DNA of 36,565 nt, from contig CAZKHA010000017.1 of NCBI GenBank assembly GCA_964552325.1, forward strand, positions 1-36,565, given 5' to 3'. How positions within the stretch are numbered: position 1 is the stretch's first letter; each line of letters opens with the position of its first letter. The translations under genes were made by a program, and so were the position numbers. The notes under the pieces are model-generated. The model saw only the letters and a list, made by a program, of their open reading frames with translations. It did no database searches and had not been told where the DNA came from. The DNA is from an uncultured Bacteroidales bacterium (GTDB lineage: Bacteria > Bacteroidota > Bacteroidia > Bacteroidales > TTA-H9). Positions 26,281-35,632 of the stretch are shown here, one piece after another.

Positions 26281-28209
26281 ATGGATCTTTCAATTGTAAA
26301 CTATTGGTGGATATTGCCCATTATTCTGGGTATTGTGTTGTATAAATTTGTGTTTCGGTTTTTCTTGGGGATGGTTATTGTGCCCGAAGACCGTATAGGA
26401 TTGGTAACGAAGAAGTTTGTTTTATTTGGACCCAACAAGGAATTGCCCGATGGGCGTATTATTGCTACGAAGGGCGAAGCTGGTTTCCAGGCCAAAACGC
26501 TGGCACCTGGATTGTATTTTTGGAAATGGGTTTGGCAGTATGATATTACCATGGAATCATTTACGGTTATACCCGAAGGCAAAATTGGCTTGGTGCTAGC
26601 CAAAGACGGATCTGAAATCCCAACAGGAAACATCTTGGCACGCAAAGTTGATTGCGACAACTTTCAGGATGCGGATAAATTCTTGGTGAACGGAGGCCAA
26701 CGAGGACGACAAACGGCTTATATCACAGCAGGTTCGTATCGTATTAACACCATGCTTTTCCAGATTTCGATAACGGATATGATTCGCATACAAGAAAGCA
26801 TGGTTGGCATCGTAACAACGCTTGATGGTTTGCCCATAGAAGCCGGACAAATTGCCGGTAAAATTATTGATGGGCATAATAATTTCCAAGACTTCGATGT
26901 GTTTATCCAAAATAAAGGAAACAGGGGATTGCAACCGCAAGTAATTTTAGCAGGTTCGTATAACTTAAACCCTTGGGCCATACAGGTTGAAGAAACACCC
27001 ATGACCGAGATTCCGATTGGTTATGTGGGCGTTGTAATATCTTACATTGGCCAAGAAGGCAAAGACTTAACCGGCAACGACTTTAAACATGGCAACATTG
27101 TTGAAAAAGGCTTTAAAGGCGTTTGGCTCGAACCCCTGGGACCTGGCAAGTACCCTATCAACAAGTATATTATGAAAGTTGAACTGGTGCCAACCACCAA
27201 CCTGGTGCTGAATTGGGCCACCGCGCGCAGCGAGGCACACAACCTCGACAAGAACCTTTCAACCATCACCGTTCGTTCAAAAGATGGCTTCCCCTTCAAT
27301 CTGGATGTAGCCCAGATTATCCATGTGCCCTCCACCGAGGCGCCCAAGGTTATTGCCCGTTTCGGGAATATGGTGAACCTAGTGTCGCAGGTGTTGGAGC
27401 CTACGATTGGCAACTATTTCCGCAACTCGGCTCAGGATAGCGATGTTATTGCATTCTTAAGCACGCGTAAAGAACGCCAGGATTCGGCCAAAGGCCATAT
27501 CAAAAAAGTGCTGGACGAGTACAACGTTAATGCTGTTGATACCCTGATTGGCGATATCGTTCCGCCCGAGACGCTGATGAAAACCTTGACCGATCGTAAA
27601 ATTGCCGAAGAACAAAAGGTAACCTACGAAACCCAGAAAAAAGCCCAGGAAACCAGGCAGGGCATGGAAAAGGAAACAGCCATTGCCGATATGCAGAAAG
27701 ATATTGTTAAGGCACAGCAAAGTGTTGAAATATCGGAACGTACGGCCACTGCCACGGTTAAAAAAGCCGAGGGCGACGCATCAAGCGTAAAATTAGCTGT
27801 TAGTGCCGAGGCCGAATCGACCAAGATGCGCGCACATGCCGAAGCCGAATCAACGCGAGCCCGTGCCCAAGCCGAGTCAGAAGCCATACGCTTAAAAGCC
27901 GCAGCCCAAGCCGAACAAATAACCCTTACGGGTAATGCCGAGGCAGGTAAAATTTTGGCTGTGGGAAAATCAACTGCCGAAGCCTACGAACTCGCTGTTA
28001 AAGCCTTGGGTGGCGAAAACTTTACACGTTACAAAATAACCGAAGAACTGGCCAAGGGACATGTTAAGCTTATTCCCGAAGTGCTTATTGGTGGAAATGG
28101 AGGCAATGGAACCGCTATGGATGGACTGTTGGGCTTAAAGCTTATGGAGATGATGAGCCCAAATAAAAAAGATGAGGGCGACACCGCAACCCCTATTGAA
28201 ACAAAATAA
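26281..28209 (+). CDS. Flotillin-like SPFH/band-7 protein (FloT/YqiK family), unusually long (642 aa)
   Basis: N-terminal TM, SPFH domain, and a long Ala/Glu-rich coiled-coil with AEAES repeats (AEAESTKMRAHAEAESTRARAQAESEAIRLKAAAQAE), typical of the flotillin C-terminus. Confidence 0.85.
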   Translation: MDLSIVNYWWILPIILGIVLYKFVFRFFLGMVIVPEDRIGLVTKKFVLFGPNKELPDGRIIATKGEAGFQAKTLAPGLYFWKWVWQYDITMESFTVIPEGKIGLVLAKDGSEIPTGNILARKVDCDNFQDADKFLVNGGQRGRQTAYITAGSYRINTMLFQISITDMIRIQESMVGIVTTLDGLPIEAGQIAGKIIDGHNNFQDFDVFIQNKGNRGLQPQVILAGSYNLNPWAIQVEETPMTEIPIGYVGVVISYIGQEGKDLTGNDFKHGNIVEKGFKGVWLEPLGPGKYPINKYIMKVELVPTTNLVLNWATARSEAHNLDKNLSTITVRSKDGFPFNLDVAQIIHVPSTEAPKVIARFGNMVNLVSQVLEPTIGNYFRNSAQDSDVIAFLSTRKERQDSAKGHIKKVLDEYNVNAVDTLIGDIVPPETLMKTLTDRKIAEEQKVTYETQKKAQETRQGMEKETAIADMQKDIVKAQQSVEISERTATATVKKAEGDASSVKLAVSAEAESTKMRAHAEAESTRARAQAESEAIRLKAAAQAEQITLTGNAEAGKILAVGKSTAEAYELAVKALGGENFTRYKITEELAKGHVKLIPEVLIGGNGGNGTAMDGLLGLKLMEMMSPNKKDEGDTATPIETK

Positions 28210-28413
28210 CCCATAGTTCTTTTCGGTAGCTTTAACCTCAAAAGTTGAAACTTGCTAAGTTCAGGTTGTGCTATGCCGTAGCATTACCCAACGACATCCT
28301 TTGCAAATCATCGATTATTTAACCTTTTGTTTTGTTTCAAGATTGGAGGTTTTGAGCATTTGAAAATCGCCAGACTTGCATTTGAACACCAATTTTTGGG
28401 AATTCCATCACTC

Positions 28414-28550
28414 GAGTTCAGCAGGAAGCAATCACAACAGCGTGAACCTATGTCGCCGGTCAGCAGGAAGCATTCACACAGGCGTGAACCTATGCCGCCG
28501 GTCAGCGGGAAGGATTCACACTAGGGTGAACATATGCCGCAAGTCAGCGG
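28414..28550. repeat. About 3.3 tandem copies of a 42-43 bp repeat (GTCAGCAGGAAGCAaTCACAnnnGCGTGAACCTATGcCGCCG), with sequence identity decaying 5' to 3'. Each copy contains a TCAC-N6-GTGA inverted repeat.
   Basis: Units at 28414-28456, 28457-28498 and 28499-28540, plus a partial fourth from 28541. Read directly from the sequence. The units are contiguous with no unique spacers between them. Confidence 0.8.
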
Positions 28551-28752
28551 CACCCTTTCACTCCAAAAAAGCCTAAATCGCTTGGTAGAAACCAAACGAC
28601 TGCTTGGCTTGGATGGCTCTTGTCGCAACTGTAAAATCTAGGATGCAGTATAAAATGGGGGATTATGGACACATACAACTTCGAGAGGTTCAATTATTCC
28701 CGCAAACCACCATCCCCTTTCCAATACCCTCGTAACTAGGACAATGAGCTAT

Positions 28753-31077
28753 TTATTCAATCAATTCAAAATTGGTTCGCAAGCGGATGTCTTGTGATGA
28801 AGCGCCTATCATCACCTGAAATTCACCCGGCTCGGCCTTTAATTCGAGATTTGTGTTGAAAAAAGCCAGTTTAGTTTCGTCAATTGTAAAATCCACGGTT
28901 TTTGTTTCGCCTTTTTTAAGCATAATCTTCCTAAAATCCTTCAACTGACTAACGGGGCGGGCTATGCTGCCAACCACATCGCGGAGGTAGCGTTGCACTA
29001 TCTCCTCCCCATCAAAAAGACCCGAGTTGGTGATGGCAACACTGATTTTAAGTTCTTCGCCCTTGCGTATCTTAACCTTATCCATTCTTAAGTTGCTATA
29101 TGTAAAGCTTGTGTACGACAATCCATAGCCAAATTCATACCTTGGATAAAGAGAAAGGTCGGTATAAGCTGAGCGGTAAAACCGATCTTGGTCATTCTTG
29201 GCCGGACGGCCAGTGTTCAGGTGGTTGTAATAGATTGGAATCTGCCCAGCGCTATGAGGGAAACTCATGGTGATTTTAGCCGAAGGGTTGTAGTCGCCAA
29301 AGAGCACATCGGCTATGGCATGGCCAGCCTCGCTACCCAGCCACCAGGTATATAGGATGGCATCGGCATGTTGAATGGTCTTGTCAAAAACAAGTGGCCT
29401 GCCAGCATTTATAAGCACAATAACGGGTTTGCCTATTTCGGCTAGTTGCTCCAGCAATTCCTCTTGTACGCCGGGCATCCCTATGTTGCTGCGGCTGCGT
29501 GCCTCACCCGACATATCGCGGCGTTCGCCAATGCTAAATACAATTGCATCGGCTTCTTGGGCCACTTGAACTGCTTCGGCAAAACCGCTTTTATCGGTGC
29601 TTTCAATGCCGCATCCACGGGCATACGAAACCTGTATTCTTTTTCCTGCCCGCTCGCAAATGCCTTCCCACTGGCTCACGATAAAGCTTGAATCAACGCT
29701 TGGAACGTTCACATCCCAAAAGCCCTTGTTTTGCAGTTCGGGTTTAATGAAAGGGCCTATGAGTGCCAACTTCTTAAGATTGCCACCAAGCGGCAGGGTT
29801 TGCTGCTGGTTTTGCAACAATACGATGCATCGGCGGGCGATGTCGCGGGCTTCGCGGGCATGCGCAGGATTGTTTAAAGCTTGGGTTTGGCGTTCGTTCG
29901 AGCAAAATTTATAGGGGTCGTCAAATAGCCCGAGTTCAAACTTTTTAACTAAAATACGCTTAACGGCCTGGTTGATGCTTTGGATAGATACCTTGCCATC
30001 GTTTAAAAGCTTTTCAAGGTTATTTCGGTAGCACCTGCTTTCCATATCCATGTCGCAGCCGGCCAACAGGGCAGATGCTGCGGCTTCGTAGTCGTTTTTT
30101 ACATTTCCGTGGTTCACCATCTCCCCTACCGCGCCCCAATCGCTCACCACAAAACCTGTAAAGCCCCATTGTGTGCGCAAGATATCGGTAAGCAGTTTAT
30201 GGTTGCCGGTGGCGGGCGTTCCGTTAAGGTCGTTAAACGAAGTCATAAAGCTGGCTATGCCTGCATCCACGCAAGCCTTAAACGGTGGAAGGTAGGTTTC
30301 ATACAGTTGAATATCGCTCATATCAACCGAGTTATAGTCGCGACCGCCCACCGCAGCTCCATAGGCGGCAAAATGCTTGGCACAGGCCATTAAGGTGTTT
30401 GTTTGTCCCAGTTTCTCGCCCTGAAATCCTTTTACGCGTGCCTGTGCTATAAGCGAGCCGAGGTAAGGATCTTCGCCACTTCCTTCCATCACCCTTCCCC
30501 AGCGTGGGTCGCGGGCTATATCCACCATGGGTGCAAACGTCCAGTTAATGCCACACGCGCTGGCTTCGGTGGCAGCTATCCGGGCTGAGCGATATATGGC
30601 ATCCAAATCCCAACTACAGGCTTCGGCTAAAGGGATGGGAAAGGTGGTCTTAAAGCCATGTACCACATCTTGCCCAAACAGCAGTGGTATTTTTAGGCGT
30701 GATTGCATGGCCAGCGATTGCCAGTGTCGGGTGCGTTCCACCCCTAGGCAATTCAAGAGCGATCCAATTTCCCCTTTTTTTGCTTGTTCGGCCTTGGTGG
30801 AGTCAAAGGTAACAGGACCAGTGGCCTCCCAGTTATCGTTATACTGGTTCAACTGCCCTATTTTCTCTTGCAGGGTCATTCGTTCAATAAGCGAGTCGGC
30901 TTGGTGCTCAAAACGTGATTGTTGCGATTTTGAGATATGCGAGTTTAGTACCAGAATTATTATCAGGAACAATGTTGCACAGAATTTTGCCATGGGGTAA
31001 TGGGTTTTAATAAGCAAAAATACGAGGAAATAGGCTTTGGCTAACAGCTGCATGTAGCCCTGAGCTAATTCTTTCAA
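28753..31077 (-). CDS. bglX: Glycoside hydrolase family 3 beta-glucosidase (BglX-like, periplasmic). Probable true start 30993 (MAKF...).
   Basis: GH3 N- and C-terminal domains with the catalytic nucleophile motif GFVVSDWGA. A TATTTTTG -7 box on the minus strand (plus coordinates 31016-31023) lies inside the longer ORF and supports the shorter start. Confidence 0.85.
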   Translation of the reverse strand: MKELAQGYMQLLAKAYFLVFLLIKTHYPMAKFCATLFLIIILVLNSHISKSQQSRFEHQADSLIERMTLQEKIGQLNQYNDNWEATGPVTFDSTKAEQAKKGEIGSLLNCLGVERTRHWQSLAMQSRLKIPLLFGQDVVHGFKTTFPIPLAEACSWDLDAIYRSARIAATEASACGINWTFAPMVDIARDPRWGRVMEGSGEDPYLGSLIAQARVKGFQGEKLGQTNTLMACAKHFAAYGAAVGGRDYNSVDMSDIQLYETYLPPFKACVDAGIASFMTSFNDLNGTPATGNHKLLTDILRTQWGFTGFVVSDWGAVGEMVNHGNVKNDYEAAASALLAGCDMDMESRCYRNNLEKLLNDGKVSIQSINQAVKRILVKKFELGLFDDPYKFCSNERQTQALNNPAHAREARDIARRCIVLLQNQQQTLPLGGNLKKLALIGPFIKPELQNKGFWDVNVPSVDSSFIVSQWEGICERAGKRIQVSYARGCGIESTDKSGFAEAVQVAQEADAIVFSIGERRDMSGEARSRSNIGMPGVQEELLEQLAEIGKPVIVLINAGRPLVFDKTIQHADAILYTWWLGSEAGHAIADVLFGDYNPSAKITMSFPHSAGQIPIYYNHLNTGRPAKNDQDRFYRSAYTDLSLYPRYEFGYGLSYTSFTYSNLRMDKVKIRKGEELKISVAITNSGLFDGEEIVQRYLRDVVGSIARPVSQLKDFRKIMLKKGETKTVDFTIDETKLAFFNTNLELKAEPGEFQVMIGASSQDIRLRTNFELIE

Positions 31078-31275
31078 ACCACTAAGAAGGTTGAACTAGC
31101 AAGAGTTGAGCTATTAGAATTGGAAATCCCGGGCTTTGCAATCCTGCTGCTAAGCTGTATCCGTGTTTGTGTAATTGCCGGCCTTGGTAAACCATTCAAA
31201 CAAAAAAACGTTTCAAGGAATGCGCTACTCTGCTTGGCAGTTATTAGCAGCATTTTACTTTAAAAACCCCAATCC

Positions 31276-31707
31276 ATGTTTGCACTTATACCTTATTTAA
31301 TTTTTGACGGGAAAACTGAAGCGGCTTTTCTACACTACAAATCAATTTTTGGCGGAGAATTCGCCATGGTTTCAAAATTTAAGGATTCGCCAGAAGGCAA
31401 TCAACTCTCGGAAGAAGAGCAAAACCGGATTATGCACATCACCTACCCTTTAAAAAATGGTTTTTCGCTCATGGCAAGTGATAGCCTGCCATCCAAAGGC
31501 CATTGCGTTACGCATGGTTTAAATGTACAGCTATCTTTAAATGCTGAATCGGAGGAAGATGCTACACGCATTTTTGAGGCGCTGAGTGAAGGCGGAACCG
31601 TAGATATGCCCCTGCAGAAGACATTCTGGGGAGCCTACTTTGGCATGTGTGCCGATAAGTTTGGCATACATTGGATGGTTAATTACGACTACCAATCTAA
31701 CAACTAG
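31276..31707 (+). CDS. VOC (glyoxalase/bleomycin-resistance fold) family protein, PhnB-like
   Basis: 143 aa with the family-typical N-terminus MFALIPYLIFDGKTEAAFLHYKSIFG and C-terminus FWGAYFGMCADKFGIHWMVN. Confidence 0.75.
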   Translation: MFALIPYLIFDGKTEAAFLHYKSIFGGEFAMVSKFKDSPEGNQLSEEEQNRIMHITYPLKNGFSLMASDSLPSKGHCVTHGLNVQLSLNAESEEDATRIFEALSEGGTVDMPLQKTFWGAYFGMCADKFGIHWMVNYDYQSNN

Positions 31708-31810
31708 CTTTACCGCTCCAAGCATTGCTGCGCTTGATGTAGGTTGATGCCACTCGAAGGTGTTTTGCATCTTCTATTTTCAAGGCTTGCTCCACACAAC
31801 ACCTTTTTTT

Positions 31811-31837
31811 AACGCCCTTGCGGGCGTTTTCTTTTTT
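31811..31837 (+). terminator. Rho-independent terminator: AACGCCC-TTGC-GGGCGTT followed by TTCTTTTTT
   Basis: 7-bp GC-rich stem, 4-nt loop and a U-tract on the plus strand, about 105 nt downstream of the VOC gene stop. Confidence 0.6.
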
Positions 31838-32049
31838 ACCAGCCTATTAGCAAGAACCATCAGAAACCAAAATGCCCAACATACAACGGCACAATTGGGC
31901 GTTGCTTAGCAATCGAAATACGGGTACTGAGGGCTAGACAATGCCCACATCTGTACATTTTCTCATCTGCACATTTCCATTCCGAATTCGCGTGACTGCC
32001 GCTTCGCACCAGCATTTTCAGCCTTCGGCAGGCTCAGGGCAGGCCATCC

Positions 32050-32655
32050 TCACATTCGCACATCTTCATATTTAATAACCTTTGCATCCTGCTCGCGTTT
32101 CATGCTTACAACGCTATCCATTAGCTCGTTGGGCACGGTAGGCGAAAGCACGTATTGCTCTATTTGCCATTTCCCTTGTTTGTGTTGCATTACGCCCGAC
32201 CCGCGACAAACACCCAGTTTAGTATCGAGCAGTTCGTCCCACCAAACAATGTTGCCTTGGTCGGCAACATAAATATGGCGCGATATCTTGGCAAATGCCC
32301 AACCTTTTCCCTTTGCAAACCAAGGTTTGCTAAAATCTGAAAAAGCATCTTTTTCCCAGCGTTCGCTGGCATCGGTACCCATGTAAACCGAGGTAGCGGC
32401 CATGCTGCCCAGGTAAATATCAATGTTAGATTGCGCCGAAGACTGATGCCAAGTATTAATAAAGTCTTCAGCTTGCGCTATAAGTTCGTCGTTGGATACA
32501 GAGGTACTGGTTCTACACGAAAAAGCGAGCAGTAAAGCAACTAAACCAAGAAAGCAAACGGTGTTCTTCATAGTGTAGCGCAAGGTTTTGACAAATCCTG
32601 AACTGATAAAGGCCAAACGGCTGGTTCTAATGGCAGGGTGGTTGTGATATTGCAT
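32050..32655 (-). CDS. NTF2-like (SnoaL/DUF4440-type) lipoprotein. Probable true start 32571 (MKNTVCFLGLVALLLAFSC...).
   Basis: The internal Met gives a clean signal peptide with a lipobox (LLAFSC). The body is Trp-rich and about 170 aa, consistent with an NTF2-like fold. The fold assignment is tentative. Confidence 0.5.
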   Translation of the reverse strand: MQYHNHPAIRTSRLAFISSGFVKTLRYTMKNTVCFLGLVALLLAFSCRTSTSVSNDELIAQAEDFINTWHQSSAQSNIDIYLGSMAATSVYMGTDASERWEKDAFSDFSKPWFAKGKGWAFAKISRHIYVADQGNIVWWDELLDTKLGVCRGSGVMQHKQGKWQIEQYVLSPTVPNELMDSVVSMKREQDAKVIKYEDVRM

Positions 32656-33181
32656 CTTATAAAAGTTTTACTACTGTAAAAGTAAGGTTTTTAACCATAC
32701 TCTTGCACTGCGCAAACCTTGCTGAAGCCCAGGTATAACAAAATTTTTAGGCTCAAAACTCTTCAGATTGGGTGATTACTGGTTTAAGGCGCCTAGCATT
32801 CATATACCTGACTGAGGGATGGCATTAGCATTCTTTTAGAAACCCAATAAAAATAAAACTTACGAACAAATACTTGTACTTCAAGCACATACTAAGCAAT
32901 AAAACTGCCTCCAGTGGTAAATTACGGGTTATCGCATAGCGCTGAACAATAAAAATACTGCCTTTTTAATACAATTGCACCTAAACATGTTGCAGTTACC
33001 CAAGTATTTGTACTTTTACCCAAGAATATTGCAAGGGCTACTTAAAGCTAGGTGGCACATCCCACTTCTTTAACATGTCTTAGAAACACCACTTCAACCC
33101 ATAAGGCCTTGGCTAGGAATCGCAAACCCTACCTAATGAAACCAATAGACCATTTGTTACTAGATATTTGCTTTCACTAAC

Positions 33182-35632
33182 TTGATAATTCTTTTTGTAA
33201 AACAGTGTTTTATGAAACTTTACAAACCTTTGTTACTTGCTGTAATTTGTTTGTTAGGCATGGGCATGAATGCTCAAACGCCTCAGGTTGATTCATTACT
33301 AAAGGTTCTTAAAGCCGGGAAGAATGAAGCGAAGGTGGATGCTGCGGCGGAGCTTAGCTTTGCATTTTTTAGTATAGACCCCCATAAAGGGCTCCATTAT
33401 GGGGAAATGGCCATAAAAATGGCTGATTCGCTTAGGCTTGAAGGCGCTAAAAGCAAAGCACTTAACAATTATGGGGCTAATTGGTTTGTATTATCAAATT
33501 TTGTGAAGGCTCGCAAGGCATTCAAACAAGCCCTGGAGTTGGCCACAACCAATAATGATAGCATACAGTTGGCCATCAGCTATAACCGCTTGGGTGTTGT
33601 ATATGAAAGGACGGGAGTGTATGATTCGGCCTTGCTGGTTTTTAAACAATCGTTGGCCTTGAGCACTAAACTAAACGATTACCAGCGTGTTGGAAAACTG
33701 AACGAGAACATTGCAATGATACATTTGCATCGCGGAGAACTGAAGACCTCGCTGGTTTTCTTGCTTCGAGCAAAAACCTATTATGAAAAAGCAGGTTCAA
33801 AGGAAGCCATCCCCGCCCTACTTGGAAAAATTGGAAGGGTTTGTGCCGAATCGCACGACTACATAGCAGCCGAAAAATGGTATTTACAAGGCAAGAAACT
33901 AGCCCTTGAAATAAACGATTTTAATTCAGCAGGGATAGCTACCAATGCTTTGGGCATATTATACAAAACACAAAACTTATACCCGAAGGCACTCGCGCAA
34001 TTTCAGGAAGTTTTAAGGATACTTGATAAAACCAACAACAAAAACTTGCTGCTTGCCGTGTATAACAACATTGGGAATGTGTATGATAAAATGGGTGAAT
34101 CAAAAAAAGCCTTGGAATACGGCAAGAAAGCCCTCAACATTGCCGAACAATTGAAAGTACCCCTTGGAATTGCAAGGCAACAGGTAAGCCTAGGTTTGGC
34201 TTATAATACCTTGCAAAGCTATGATAACGCCTTGCGACTTTTTAATGCAGCTCTTCCAGTTTTGAGCAAAGCAAAAACCAACGCTGATTTACTAACGACC
34301 TATGAGGCAATAATAAAAGCAAGTACAGGCTTAAGTAATCACAAACAGGCTGTTACATATTACCAAAAATACAACAGTCTTAAAGATTCGTTACAACGTG
34401 AAGAGCAAAATACAGCCTTGGATTCGCTGCGGGTGAAGTTCAACACCGAGCAAACCATAAACGAAAACTTATTATTGGCGCAGAAAAACCTAGTGCAATC
34501 AAAAACCATATCGCTGCAAAAAACCATCATGGCTTCAGCCTTCTTATTTGCCTTTCTTTTAATTGGTTTTGTGGTATTCGTGATTCGGAGCAGGCAAAAA
34601 ATAAGAAGTGCAAACCAATTGTTGGCTGCTCAAAATGATGAGATTACAGCCAAGGCGCAAGAATTGGACACCAAAAACAGGCAATTGGTAGAACTGTCGC
34701 AGTACAAAGATTCAATGAACTCGTTCTTGGTTCACGACCTCAAGAATCCATTAAACACGATAATCAACGCCAATTGGGGCCAGCTAAGCCCACAAGAAGC
34801 CGAGGGCATAAAACATTCGGGGTATCGCATGCTGAATATCGTATCGAGCTTGCTCGACATCAGTAAGCACGAAAACAACATGCTAAACATATTTATTGCC
34901 GACACCCAAATTGCCCAGGTTATTCGAGATGCCTTTAACGAAACACATTTTCTTGCAAAGCAAAAAAACATACGAATCGCCTTAAAATTCCAAACCAATT
35001 TTTTATTAAAGGTTGATTCAGAGCTTATAAAACGTGTTTTGGTAAACATGTTGACCAATGCCATCAAGTTTTCGCAAACCAATGGTCAAATACTGGTTTT
35101 CGCCGAAGCCCTATCCGATTCAAACCTAAAGATCAGCATCAAGGATGATGGCGAAGGAATTGCTAGCGAATACCTTCCTTTTGTTTTTGAACGGTTTACA
35201 CAGGGAATCCCGCGAAATGTTGGCCTCACTGCCTCAACGGGCATTGGCATGGCTTTTTGCAAAATGGCCATCGAGTTGCATGGTGGTGAAATAGGAGTGG
35301 ATTCGGTACAAGGCAGCGGAACTACGTTTTGGTTTACCCTGCCTCTGGCAGCATTATACATTCAAGATAAAAACGCTTCGTTGCCTGATGATTTAGAGCC
35401 CAGGTCGTTTGCCCATATTCAACTTACAATAAGCGAGAAGGAATACCTGAAAGGCTTTTGCAAACAACTTCAACAACTAACTATTTACCAGCTATCGGAA
35501 GTAAAAGATGTTGTAAAGCCAATTGAAAGTTCCTCACCTACCATCATCTTATGGAAACAACTGGTTTTAGAATCTTTGGCTGCTTGTAACGAAACCAATT
35601 ACCACAAACTAATCAACATTTGCCATGCTTAA
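33182..35632 (+). CDS. Sensor histidine kinase with an extracytoplasmic TPR-repeat sensor domain, single TM, HisKA and HATPase_c domains. Probable true start 33212.
   Basis: Signal peptide MKLYKPLLLAVICLLGMGMNAQ, about 380 aa of TPR-like repeats and the TM helix IMASAFLFAFLLIGFVVFVI. The kinase region carries the H-box FLVHDLKNPLNTI, an N-box NMLTNAIKFS and the G-boxes DDGEGI...GIGMAF...GSGTTF. Confidence 0.85.
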   Translation: MIILFVKQCFMKLYKPLLLAVICLLGMGMNAQTPQVDSLLKVLKAGKNEAKVDAAAELSFAFFSIDPHKGLHYGEMAIKMADSLRLEGAKSKALNNYGANWFVLSNFVKARKAFKQALELATTNNDSIQLAISYNRLGVVYERTGVYDSALLVFKQSLALSTKLNDYQRVGKLNENIAMIHLHRGELKTSLVFLLRAKTYYEKAGSKEAIPALLGKIGRVCAESHDYIAAEKWYLQGKKLALEINDFNSAGIATNALGILYKTQNLYPKALAQFQEVLRILDKTNNKNLLLAVYNNIGNVYDKMGESKKALEYGKKALNIAEQLKVPLGIARQQVSLGLAYNTLQSYDNALRLFNAALPVLSKAKTNADLLTTYEAIIKASTGLSNHKQAVTYYQKYNSLKDSLQREEQNTALDSLRVKFNTEQTINENLLLAQKNLVQSKTISLQKTIMASAFLFAFLLIGFVVFVIRSRQKIRSANQLLAAQNDEITAKAQELDTKNRQLVELSQYKDSMNSFLVHDLKNPLNTIINANWGQLSPQEAEGIKHSGYRMLNIVSSLLDISKHENNMLNIFIADTQIAQVIRDAFNETHFLAKQKNIRIALKFQTNFLLKVDSELIKRVLVNMLTNAIKFSQTNGQILVFAEALSDSNLKISIKDDGEGIASEYLPFVFERFTQGIPRNVGLTASTGIGMAFCKMAIELHGGEIGVDSVQGSGTTFWFTLPLAALYIQDKNASLPDDLEPRSFAHIQLTISEKEYLKGFCKQLQQLTIYQLSEVKDVVKPIESSSPTIILWKQLVLESLAACNETNYHKLINICHA

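Noticed and set aside
28414-28550. Possible CRISPR array
   Set aside because: The repeat units are directly contiguous, with similarity spread over the whole unit and no unique spacers of fixed length. No cas genes are nearby.
28327-28576. Two overlapping small ORFs (65 and 66 aa) encoding repetitive peptides (…REPMSPVSRKHSHRREPMPPVSGKDSH…)
   Set aside because: They are generated by reading through the 42-bp tandem DNA repeat in two frames. There is no promoter or RBS context, and the repeat periodicity, not coding constraint, explains them.
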